NCBI GenBank assembly: GCA_031430735.1
Contig: JANPCB010000121.1
Span: 4,869 to 68,868, forward strand
Source: Ferruginibacter sp.
GTDB lineage: Bacteria; Bacteroidota; Bacteroidia; Chitinophagales; Chitinophagaceae
Direction of reading: 5' to 3'
DNA: 64,000 nt
Positions within the stretch are counted from its first letter, which is position 1; every line of letters begins with the position of its first letter. The notes beneath the pieces are model-generated. The model was not told the origin of the DNA. It was given only the letters and a program-made list of their open reading frames with translations, and did not search any database. Both the position numbers and the translations under genes were made by a program. Below, one piece after another: positions 36,390 through 45,377 of this stretch.

Positions 36390-37580
36390 TTAGATAATTC
36401 TTACCGCTTTTTGCTGTTCAATTAATATTACTCCAGGCTTTTTGCCCTTTGCAAAACTTCCATAAACATCCTCTATTCCCAATGCTTTTGCTCCATTTAA
36501 CGTAGCCCACTGCAAGATATTTTCCAATGGTATAGATGGGAAAGCAAGCTGTATCGACTTTATTTCTTTAAATATATTTAACTGTGTATTGCTTGCATAA
36601 CTATCTGTACCCATTACAAGGTTGCAACCATTTTTAATGAGCATTTCTACGGGAGGTAATTTATTTTCTATGTACAAATTCGCATTGGGGCAAAGGCAGA
36701 AATACAACCGTTCCATTTCCTCTTTTGCAAAAAACAAATCAGCTTCGTGTATAAAAGTGTTGTGTACAGATATTATTTTTGATGCATTACTCAAATAAGG
36801 CAACCAGGATTGAAAACTACTTTTGCCCGTTGGTTGAAAGGCTGATATATCTATTCCAACATTCTCGTACAACTTCAAGAAATTACCAGATTTACTTTTA
36901 TATAACTGATCTTCAGCAACGGTTTCTTGATTGTGAATGCTTATAATTTGATTATGCGATATTTCATTAATGAGGTTAAATAATGCTACAGAAACGGAAT
37001 ATGGTGCATGGGGAATAACAGCCCCCCTTAAACCTCCCGCAAGAGGGACTTTGTAGTATGTATAATTTGTAGTTTCTAGTTCTTTACTGAATACGTCTAA
37101 AATTTCTTTACCAGCATCAAAGCGCTTTTGGGCGCTGCCATCTACAAACCCGCTCACTTCTATAAAATTATGCCAATGAAGTTTGCTTTGCTTTTTAATA
37201 GCAATGGAATCTGTTGTGTTGCATATATCGCCAACTGCTACTGTGCCACTATTGTATAACTCCTCTGTTGCTTGCAACATGGCATCCATTTTTTCTGCTT
37301 CGTTGGCGGCTCTTAGGCTCATTACTTGCTGCACAAAATCTACCAAACCCGTATTTGTTGGTATTTTGCCTTTTAAATGGCTCAATTCTATATGGCAATG
37401 GGCATTTATGAAACCTGGCGAAATGATTCCATCCAATACTTGCACCTCTTCTCCAGCATCATTTTCAGAAATAATAGCTTCAATGGTACCATCTGCATGG
37501 GTTACTAGAACTTTTTCTTCTCCTAAAAATTCGTTTCCAGAAAAGATATTACTGCCTTTTATTTTTCTATATGCCATCAT
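36390..37580 (-). CDS. Metal-dependent amidohydrolase (chlorohydrolase/deaminase-like)
   Basis: [15 protein letters not shown] (HxH metal site), IPHAPYSVS and GTDSYASN. I prefer the ATG pair at 37580/37577 over the listed start at 37637. Confidence 0.75.
   Translation of the reverse strand: MMAYRKIKGSNIFSGNEFLGEEKVLVTHADGTIEAIISENDAGEEVQVLDGIISPGFINAHCHIELSHLKGKIPTNTGLVDFVQQVMSLRAANEAEKMDAMLQATEELYNSGTVAVGDICNTTDSIAIKKQSKLHWHNFIEVSGFVDGSAQKRFDAGKEILDVFSKELETTNYTYYKVPLAGGLRGAVIPHAPYSVSVALFNLINEISHNQIISIHNQETVAEDQLYKSKSGNFLKLYENVGIDISAFQPTGKSSFQSWLPYLSNASKIISVHNTFIHEADLFFAKEEMERLYFCLCPNANLYIENKLPPVEMLIKNGCNLVMGTDSYASNTQLNIFKEIKSIQLAFPSIPLENILQWATLNGAKALGIEDVYGSFAKGKKPGVILIEQQKAVRII
37022..37053 (+). 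repeat. Hairpin repeat, family A, diverged copy inside the amidohydrolase CDS
   Basis: ccccccttaaacctcccgcaagagggactttg. The right arm gggactttg is identical to copy 37650-37679, and the left arm is a diverged C-run/TAAA/C-run. The gene frame reads it as [11 protein letters not shown]. Confidence 0.65.
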
Positions 37581-37649
37581 AAATTGATAAAACGTAAATT
37601 TGCGCCGCCTATCTATTGCACAATTAATGTTGAACAAAGGTATGCCAAG

Positions 37650-37679
37650 CCCCCTAAATCCCCCACAGTGGGACTTTGG
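37650..37679 (+). repeat. Hairpin repeat, family A, copy 2 (intergenic)
   Basis: ccccctaaatcccccacagtgggactttgg. The first 15 nt and ggacttt are identical to copy 16583-16612, and the 6-nt loop differs. Confidence 0.8.
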
Positions 37680-37775
37680 TCTCGGATACTTTAAAGATTC
37701 TGTTATTTGTTTGCGATATTTGGATGTTTATTTAAGAATAAAAGATGAAAAGATAAACATATTTAGTTACTGTTG

Positions 37776-37803
37776 CCGAACGAATCGGCACAGACACAAC
37801 GAT
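37776..37803 (-). repeat. 9-nt-periodic repeat, copy 2
   Basis: The reverse complement atcgttgtgtctgtgccgattcgttcgg matches 13166-13193 at 26 of 28 positions. The flanking gctatg is also shared. Confidence 0.8.
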
Positions 37804-37910
37804 GATGACCATAGCAATTTTTTTGCTTGGCCAAAAAATATTTTTTAAAAAGGGCTAAAAGTATAAAGTATTAATCTTGATACTTGATACTAATATCTCA
37901 ATACTATATT

Positions 37911-38975
37911 ATGTTAGAAAAATTAAATGCCATAAAGGCGAAATTCGACGATTTGAGTGTAGCACTTACCAACCCCGAGGTTGTGAGCGACAACAAGCGT
38001 TTTATTACCCTAAGTAAGGAGTATCGCAGTTTAGAGAAAATTGTAAAAGCAAGAACCCTGTATATAGAAACCCTCGACAATATTGAATTTAATAAAGAAG
38101 TGCTTGGTGGCGATGATGCAGAAATGCGTGAAATGGCAAAATTGGAATTGCCAATACTTGAAAAGCTTAAAGAAACACAAGAAAAAGAGCTGCGTAATAT
38201 GCTCATACCCAAAGATCCATTTGATGAAAAAAATGCCATTCTAGAAATTCGTGCTGGTACAGGTGGCGATGAAGCTTCTTTGTTTAGTGGAGATTTGTTG
38301 CGCATGTATCTAAAATATTTTGAAAAACAAGGATGGAAAGCCACATTACTGAGCGAAAGCGAAGGCACAGTAGGTGGTTATAAAGAGGTTCAAGTAGAAG
38401 TTACTGGCGATGATGTGTATGGTTTATTGAAGTTTGAAAGTGGCGTTCATCGAGTGCAACGTGTACCTGATACCGAAGCCAGTGGGCGGGTGCATACAAG
38501 TGCTGTATCAGTGGCTGTTATGCCAGAAGCGGAAGAAGTAGATGTGGAATTGAAAGAGTCGGATGTGAAAATGGAAACTGCCAGAAGTGGTGGTGCTGGA
38601 GGACAAAACGTAAACAAAGTAGAGACAAAAGTATTTCTTACACACAAGCCAACTGGAATTGTGGTTATGTGCCAAACCGACCGCTCCCAGCTAGGTAATA
38701 GGCTTAAAGCTATGGAGATGCTGCGCACAAGATTGTATGAAGATGAAGTAAAAAAAGTAGAGGAAGCCACCGCACATTTGCGCAAAAGCTTGGTTAGTAC
38801 AGGAGATAGAAGTGCTAAAATAAGAACCTATAATTTTCCTCAAGGCCGTGTAACAGATCATCGCATTGGCATGACAGTTTATAATCTTGATGCCGTGCTA
38901 AATGGCGAAGTAGGAGAATTTATAGAAGCACTCCAATTTGCAGAAAATGCGGAGAAACTTACTAGTCAGCAATAA
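37911..38975 (+). CDS. prfA: Peptide chain release factor 1
   Basis: GGQ motif ([16 protein letters not shown]), the RF1-type [17 protein letters not shown] segment and an uninterrupted frame. I prefer ATG 37911 ([15 protein letters not shown]). Confidence 0.95.
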   Translation: MLEKLNAIKAKFDDLSVALTNPEVVSDNKRFITLSKEYRSLEKIVKARTLYIETLDNIEFNKEVLGGDDAEMREMAKLELPILEKLKETQEKELRNMLIPKDPFDEKNAILEIRAGTGGDEASLFSGDLLRMYLKYFEKQGWKATLLSESEGTVGGYKEVQVEVTGDDVYGLLKFESGVHRVQRVPDTEASGRVHTSAVSVAVMPEAEEVDVELKESDVKMETARSGGAGGQNVNKVETKVFLTHKPTGIVVMCQTDRSQLGNRLKAMEMLRTRLYEDEVKKVEEATAHLRKSLVSTGDRSAKIRTYNFPQGRVTDHRIGMTVYNLDAVLNGEVGEFIEALQFAENAEKLTSQQ

Positions 38976-38995
38976 ATCAATTGTTTAAATAAATA

Positions 38996-39021
38996 AGCCG
39001 CAAAAAAGCGGCTTTTTTTTT
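38996..39021 (+). terminator. Rho-independent terminator of prfA
   Basis: agccgc / gcggct stem with an A6 loop, followed by T9. Confidence 0.9.
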
Positions 39022-39136
39022 CGCCTTTCGCAAATGATTAACATGCCTTCATTTATTTTGGCACCGAATTTGCGACTTCATTGTTACAACAACGAAAAAT
39101 TCAAATTTCTCATAAGCAGTTAGTTTTGGTAAACAG

Positions 39137-39165
39137 CCCCCGTTTCTACGGGGGTTTCTTATTTG
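39137..39165 (+). terminator. Orphan terminator-like hairpin
   Basis: cccccgt / acggggg form a perfect 7-bp G+C-rich stem with loop ttct, followed by tttcttatttg. No credible CDS ends here on the + strand. Confidence 0.5.
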
Positions 39166-39642
39166 TACAAAAATATTTTACAATGACCATAAATAAACCC
39201 TCCAAAATAAATTGAAAGGTTTTTAAAGAGTCGGGATGGATAGGCAAATGTCGAACCAATTCTTGAAGGATTTAGAACAATTAGGCAAAGTGTAGGAAGT
39301 TTTGAAAACTTTGAAATCACATTCATATTTTTTAGAAATTTACCCGTCAAATTTTTTAAGAAATATGTTTTTGTTAAAAACCACTTTTGATTATTTCTTT
39401 CATTTATAAATATTTGAATTAAATAGCCTCCTTAACTGAAATGGAATTTTACGATGGTATTTTTTTCTCTCCTAACTTTATACTTAATCCAAGAAATAAT
39501 ATTCAAAATTAAATCCGTTGTGGAGATTATTTGTTTTGAAACCGACTCTGATGTTTTTACAGTTTGAGTTCTAGGAATATTATTTAAAGGATTAATAAAG
39601 AAACGAGATTTTTCAAAAGTTAATTCAAAAAAAATAAATCGC

Positions 39643-41046
39643 ATGTTCAGATATTTTGTAATGGCTGCAGTTTGCATCTTTTTCACAAATCAATCTTTTT
39701 CTCAAACGCAAGTACCTTCCTTTTTTAGTGACGATATGGTATTGCAGCAGCAACAACAAGTATCTTTTTGGGGAACCGATAAGCCTAACACTAAAATTTC
39801 AGTGTCTGGAAGTTGGGGTAAAAATGCCATGGCAATTACAGATAATATTGGTGGTTGGAAGGTAAAATTGCAAACACCTGTAGCGGGTGGTCCTTACACA
39901 GTTGTTATTAAAGGAAGCAACATGGTAACAATGAAAAACGTATTGATAGGCGAAGTGTGGCTTTGCTCGGGCCAATCAAATATGGAGATGCCAGTAAAGG
40001 GCTATCATAACCAGCCGGTTATAGGTAGCAACGAATCAATTTTAAATTCTTCGAATGATAAAATAAGGATGTTTACACAACAACATACTACAAGCCTAAT
40101 ACCCTTATACGACAGCAAGGGCAAGTGGAATAGCGCAAGCCCATCAAATACCGGAAATTTTAGTGCTACTGCTTATTTCTTTGCTAAGAAACTGCAAATG
40201 CTTTTGGGTGTGCCCATTGGTTTGATTCATACTTCGTGGGGTGCTTCTACAATAGAAAGCTGGATGGATAAAGAAACACTCTCCGGTTTTAAAAACGTGC
40301 TGATACCGGATACAATTCCTAAAACAGCACCACAGACCTGGCCAACTATTATGTATAATGCTATGTTACATCCCTTTATTGGTTATACCATAAAAGGTGC
40401 CATTTGGTACCAGGGAGAGGCAAACAGAGTAAACGCAAATGAGTATCAAAGTTTATTTACAGCAATGATTGAATCATGGAGAAAGCAATGGTCGCAGGGA
40501 GATTTTCCTTTTTATTTTGTACAGATCGCACCTTTTGGCTATCTAAAACTAAATGCCGGTTTTTTAAGAGAAGCGCAACTTAAAACCATGCAATCCGTAA
40601 AGAATACAGGTATGGCAGTTACATTGGACATTGGTGAACAAACAGCCATTCATCCTTCACAAAAAGAAGCGGTGGGAAATAGGTTGGCTTATTGGGCCTT
40701 AACAAAAGATTACAGCATAGAGGGAATATCTTTTAGCGGCCCTGTTTATAAGAATATGAAAATAACCAACAATAGCAGCATTAATTTAACTTTTGAATAC
40801 AGTGGACTGGGATTATCCAGTTTTGGTAAACCGCTTAATGAGTTTGAAATTGCTGGCGAAGACAAAATTTTTTATTCTGCTAATGCAATCATCAATAACA
40901 ATGATAAAGGAGGTGGAGTAACAGTGTGGAGTGATAGTGTAAAAAATCCTCTAAGCGTACGCTATGCCTTTAAAAATTGGGTAGAAGGCAGCTTGTTTAA
41001 TACCCAAGGTTTGCCAGCTTCTTCTTTTAGAACAGATGATTGGTAA
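39643..41046 (+). CDS. Sialate O-acetylesterase-like carbohydrate esterase
   Basis: Signal peptide present. GEVWLCSGQSNME carries the GQSN catalytic-serine block. IWYQGEAN and a C-terminal beta-sandwich region match the pattern of 9-O-acetylesterase family proteins. Confidence 0.8.
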   Translation: MFRYFVMAAVCIFFTNQSFSQTQVPSFFSDDMVLQQQQQVSFWGTDKPNTKISVSGSWGKNAMAITDNIGGWKVKLQTPVAGGPYTVVIKGSNMVTMKNVLIGEVWLCSGQSNMEMPVKGYHNQPVIGSNESILNSSNDKIRMFTQQHTTSLIPLYDSKGKWNSASPSNTGNFSATAYFFAKKLQMLLGVPIGLIHTSWGASTIESWMDKETLSGFKNVLIPDTIPKTAPQTWPTIMYNAMLHPFIGYTIKGAIWYQGEANRVNANEYQSLFTAMIESWRKQWSQGDFPFYFVQIAPFGYLKLNAGFLREAQLKTMQSVKNTGMAVTLDIGEQTAIHPSQKEAVGNRLAYWALTKDYSIEGISFSGPVYKNMKITNNSSINLTFEYSGLGLSSFGKPLNEFEIAGEDKIFYSANAIINNNDKGGGVTVWSDSVKNPLSVRYAFKNWVEGSLFNTQGLPASSFRTDDW

Positions 41047-41590
41047 CAAAAATAATGGAATAGGATTTTTTATTTTAATGTTCCCGTTTGGCAAGTAAAG
41101 TAACGATTAGTTGCTGACCCGCTTATTGTTCAATATGTAGTAAAAAAACTACTGCATTACATTTTAAGTGAAAGCATTTTGCATTATATTTTCAATTTTT
41201 TACTATTTCTCCTTAAATACTATTTGCTACAATATTGGTTTGAGAAGCCAGTTAATTTTACAGAAAATATACGGTAGGCATTTACAAACATTATTGGATG
41301 ATGCTAAAATTACCTTCGTGTTTTGGTCTATAATTACCGCAATTATGAATGATTTGTTTACCAAACAAAAAAAGTATTCAAATACTTTTGATATTGAATT
41401 TGATTGCTGATATTTTGCCCTTAGAACTTCATTAATTTATTTAAGACATTGCTTGTGCTTTAAAACAATTTTTTTTAATTATCTGTTATTCTGTGCATGC
41501 ATTTCTTCCAAACTATTAAGTATTCTGAGACATCTTCTTCAATCTTAGCTTAACCCCTAACGTGTTTTTATTAAAAAAAATTGCTCTGGT

Positions 41591-43129
41591 ATGAAAAAAA
41601 TTTACTCCTTTGTTCTTGCGTTTGTTTTTTGTGGTTCAACAGCCTTTTCACAAACAATTATCCCTGTTGGTGACGAAATAATTTTGCCAAGTTATGCATA
41701 TTACGGTGGCACAAGTGTAGGCGTCGCTAACCGTATGCCATTTGTAAGCAGGTTAAGATTGACCGGTCTTATTGCCGGTGCTACTTATCGCTATGTTACA
41801 GGTATGTCAAGTACAAATAATTTAAATACTTCGCAGGCACCTGGTAACATGTACAGAATTAATAATGGTAGTAATGTTACTTATGGTTACGTCACCGGAT
41901 TGGTGTATACAAAATCCATCAACTCTTCTGAAATACAAAACGATATTATGAACACAAGTGTAAGCTCCTTTCATGGAAGGTTTGTTGCTGATGCCAGCGG
42001 TAACTATACCGGCTGGTTTGCTTGTGTACCTACAGGCAATGCAACACAGCAAGCAAATGGAAGTGATGTGTACTTTTATATAGGATTGAATAATGGAAGT
42101 ACAGGTACAACTTTGGCTCAGTCTTATCGCAGTACTTCTACGGTGAAGTTGCTTAACTATTCTAATGTACCTGGTAATGCACTTGGTTGCACCGCTTTGG
42201 TGGGAACTTCTGATGTAACCGATGAAAAAATTGTGACCATATATGACAATACAACAAGCTCAGGCAGGCCTTTGTATTGCACTTTTACAGAAAATAATAA
42301 TAGTGGTGCTGGAGTTCTTAATGAAGGCACCCTTTGGACCAATCCTCAAATCTATGCTTCTGTGGATGGGGTGAGTGGTAAATGGGCTGCAATTATACCC
42401 AACTCTTTAAGCGGCGGAGTGCAGGCTATTAATTTTTTAAATATTTCAGATGGTACTCCGATAACATTATCCAACTCACCAACCCCCAATACCAGTTCAA
42501 ATGGCATGTGGAACGGAGTTTCTACAGCTAATCCTGTTGGTGACTCCACCGCTGCCATCGTTATCAATAGTATTGCAAGCTCAGTGCTGCCTGTTAATCT
42601 GATAAGTTTTAATGGAGTGCCTGTAAAGGGAGGTATCAAATTAAGTTGGGTAACAGCGGAGGAAATCAACAATAAGTATTTTGAATTAAGAAGAGCAGCA
42701 AAGGATGGCCAATTTACAACGATTGCAAAAATTAATGGTAATGGCAATTCACAGGTAAATAATTATTATAATTTTATTGACCCAAACCCATTTTCAGGAA
42801 CAAATCTGTATCAACTTAAGCAGGTTAATTTAAATGGAAATGCAACTACTTACCCAATAATTTCTGTAAGGTATGGGGGGACTTCTAATCACATTAAACT
42901 GATATCATCTACCTCAAATCAATTAAACATTTCAGTTGGTTTATCGGAAGCAAAAACAGGTAATATAATATTTGCTGATATCAGTGGAAAAGTGCTTTAT
43001 ACCCGGCAGGCTTCGCTTATGCCCGGTGAAAATGTTTTAAAAATTCCAGTTCAGCATATTAGTAAACAATTGGGTATAATAAGTTTTGTTACTGCAACGG
43101 AAAGAATGAGTGTGAAGGTTTTACTATAA
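41591..43129 (+). CDS. Secreted protein of unknown function with T9SS-type C-terminal module
   Basis: Signal peptide present. The ~330-aa N-terminal region has no motif I recognise. The C-terminal ~180 aa is paralogous to the C-terminus of the next gene and ends like a T9SS type-A sorting domain (...GENVLKIPVQHISKQLGIISFVTATERMSVKVLL). Confidence 0.65.
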   Translation: MKKIYSFVLAFVFCGSTAFSQTIIPVGDEIILPSYAYYGGTSVGVANRMPFVSRLRLTGLIAGATYRYVTGMSSTNNLNTSQAPGNMYRINNGSNVTYGYVTGLVYTKSINSSEIQNDIMNTSVSSFHGRFVADASGNYTGWFACVPTGNATQQANGSDVYFYIGLNNGSTGTTLAQSYRSTSTVKLLNYSNVPGNALGCTALVGTSDVTDEKIVTIYDNTTSSGRPLYCTFTENNNSGAGVLNEGTLWTNPQIYASVDGVSGKWAAIIPNSLSGGVQAINFLNISDGTPITLSNSPTPNTSSNGMWNGVSTANPVGDSTAAIVINSIASSVLPVNLISFNGVPVKGGIKLSWVTAEEINNKYFELRRAAKDGQFTTIAKINGNGNSQVNNYYNFIDPNPFSGTNLYQLKQVNLNGNATTYPIISVRYGGTSNHIKLISSTSNQLNISVGLSEAKTGNIIFADISGKVLYTRQASLMPGENVLKIPVQHISKQLGIISFVTATERMSVKVLL

Positions 43130-43207
43130 ATACCAAAATGCAAATAATTTGATTAAAAAACTATTTATCTTTTTTACATTCTATTGTTTGTTATTAAACT
43201 TTTGATC

Positions 43208-45250
43208 ATGACTACTACTACATTTAATACACTTTATAGAAAATTTATTTCAACCGGTATTTTTGTTTTTACCGGGCTGCTTAGTTACAGCCAGCTTACC
43301 ATTTTTAGCGATGCTAACCAGGCAGGCGTATCAGGAACATGTGTTTCAAGCACTATATATTCGGGTGCTTCCATTCCTCAAAGTTTAAACAATCAGGTTT
43401 CGTCTATTCAGTTGATGCAAGGGTATATAGCTACATTTGCCGAAAATGATGATGGTACAGGCTCGGCTTACACATTTGTAGCAGCTGTAAGCAATGTGAC
43501 AGTAAACTTGAGTACACTTTTAAACAATAAAGTATCTTTTATTCGTGTGCTTCCGCTGAGAAACACCTTAAAAAAAGGTGTTGGCAATACCAACAATACC
43601 TGGATAGATTTATTAAACGTATCGTGGTTTTATGATTGGGGACCATTAGATGTAGGAACGGCAAACCGAGAATATGCCTTGATGGCCTGGGGAAGAAGCG
43701 CAGCTAATAATACCACAAGTATAAATAATTATATTGCCAAGCCAGATATTACTCATTTGCTTTCTTTTAATGAACCCGATAATATTGACCAATCAAATAT
43801 TCCGTTTGGAGAAGCGGTAGCACTACACAAAAATCTGGCTGCCACCGGCTACAGGTTAGGTTCGCCTGCACCTACAGAAGGCCAGGCTACGGTATGGCTA
43901 ACCAGTTTTATGGACTCAGCAGCCCGAGCAAATGTAAAAGTTGATTTTTTGGCAGTGCACTGGTACGATTGGGGAAGTTATTCAAGCACCTTAAATACTG
44001 CCCCAGATCCTAATGGCGTATTTACAAGGTTTAGAAATTATATAAACAACCTCTATGCTATTTATAGAAAACCCATATGGATTACAGAATTTAATGCCAA
44101 TAGATATACCACTTCTGCCACCCATGAAGCCTTTATTGCTTTAGCATTACCTTGGTTAGAAGCACAGCCATTTGTGGAACGATATGCTTACTTTTTCCCC
44201 CCGGCATTACCACCGGTAGATGCAGGTGGTAATTTAACTGCTATTGGTAATACATATAAAAATTTTGTTTCTACAAATTATGCACTTGCAAGAAACTGGG
44301 ATAATACAGAAAATATTGCAGCCGGAAACAACGCAACTTATGAGGCGGAAAATGCCACGTTAATTGGCTCTACTGTTTCTAATTGTGTAAATGCTTCTAA
44401 TGGTCAAATGGCTGCTGCAGTAACAGGGAGTACCAATAAAATAATTTTTCATACCGTAACGGTGAACACGCTTGGCAATTATACTTTGGGCATTAGTTAT
44501 TATGCTAAAGTGGGAAGAAATATTACCGTACAAATAAATGGAAATCCAACACAGGTAATAGCATTGCCATCAAGTGGTAATTGGTGTTTTGAAGCCGGTA
44601 CACCAGGCGTTTACCAAATAATTATCCAATTGAATTCGGGAATGAATAAAATCATTTTAACAGAGTCGCCAATCATTGATAGAATCAATGTTAATTTTCT
44701 CTCCGTTTTACCTGTAAATTTTCTTGACTTTTATCCTGTAGTAAAGGAAAAAGGTATTGAATTGCACTGGAAAACTACAAATGAAATTAATAATAGTTAT
44801 TTTGAATTATTCAAATCAAAAGACGGAGTTCATTTTGAAACTATTGCAAAAGTCCCTGGTAACGGTAACAGCTCTTCAGAAAACGCCTACAAATTTTTAG
44901 ATATTGCACCTATTGTGGGTATAAATTACTACCGTTTAAATCAGGTTGATATTGACGGTAACTCAAGAGCCTATAAAACCATTACTGCTCGTTTTGGCAG
45001 TAAGGCTGAAAGCATGAGGCTAATCAGTTCGAACAATCAAAATTTGATAGCAGGCATAAATGTAACAGAGGCAAAGGCAGCATACATTTATCTAACAGGC
45101 AATGATGGGAAAATTCTTTTCCAAAATAATGTGATGTTACATTCAGGACTAAACCAGATTTCCATTCCTGTTTCTAAACTTAGCCAAGGATTAGGTTTTC
45201 TTACTTTACAAACGGGCACTGGTCAATATACAATCAAAGTGCTTTTGTAA
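43208..45250 (+). CDS. Clan GH-A glycoside hydrolase (Pfam Glyco_hydro_cc / GH128-like) with CBM-like domain and T9SS-type C-terminal module
   Basis: WFYDWG, LLSFNEPD (acid/base Glu) and IWITEFN (nucleophile Glu). It also has a CBM6/35-like ATYEAENATLIG block and the shared C-terminal module. ATG 43208. Confidence 0.7.
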   Translation: MTTTTFNTLYRKFISTGIFVFTGLLSYSQLTIFSDANQAGVSGTCVSSTIYSGASIPQSLNNQVSSIQLMQGYIATFAENDDGTGSAYTFVAAVSNVTVNLSTLLNNKVSFIRVLPLRNTLKKGVGNTNNTWIDLLNVSWFYDWGPLDVGTANREYALMAWGRSAANNTTSINNYIAKPDITHLLSFNEPDNIDQSNIPFGEAVALHKNLAATGYRLGSPAPTEGQATVWLTSFMDSAARANVKVDFLAVHWYDWGSYSSTLNTAPDPNGVFTRFRNYINNLYAIYRKPIWITEFNANRYTTSATHEAFIALALPWLEAQPFVERYAYFFPPALPPVDAGGNLTAIGNTYKNFVSTNYALARNWDNTENIAAGNNATYEAENATLIGSTVSNCVNASNGQMAAAVTGSTNKIIFHTVTVNTLGNYTLGISYYAKVGRNITVQINGNPTQVIALPSSGNWCFEAGTPGVYQIIIQLNSGMNKIILTESPIIDRINVNFLSVLPVNFLDFYPVVKEKGIELHWKTTNEINNSYFELFKSKDGVHFETIAKVPGNGNSSSENAYKFLDIAPIVGINYYRLNQVDIDGNSRAYKTITARFGSKAESMRLISSNNQNLIAGINVTEAKAAYIYLTGNDGKILFQNNVMLHSGLNQISIPVSKLSQGLGFLTLQTGTGQYTIKVLL

Positions 45251-45377
45251 TTAAATCTCCAGCCTTTAATATTTTTACGACATCTAAGCTTTAATAGTTT
45301 AAAAAGATGTTGTGATTTTATATAATTGGATTAAATTGGTGGAGCAGCAATTGAACCTTTGCCATAAATAGACTTCT

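Noticed and set aside
37600-37848. 82-aa ORF (…[11 protein letters not shown]…). Similar cases are ORFs 35222-35407 and 13076-13339, and the 5' extensions of the GT2 gene (13170), recO (35459) and the amidohydrolase (37637).
   Set aside because: All are read-through translations of the repeat elements in intergenic DNA. The downstream ATGs give N-termini collinear with known protein families.
38461-38490. The RF1 stop-codon recognition tripeptide reads P-D-T rather than the textbook PAT or PVT.
   Set aside because: It still fits the general PxT motif. I cannot tell from memory whether Asp is normal for Bacteroidota RF1, so this is not evidence of altered decoding without an alignment.
39159-39686. 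Two small minus-strand ORFs (63 and 84 aa) in the 620-bp AT-rich spacer before the PUL. ORF 41168-41410 is similar.
   Set aside because: There are no motifs and the composition is AT-driven. One overlaps the esterase start. They are more likely promoter or spacer DNA or decayed sequence, and cannot be supported as genes.
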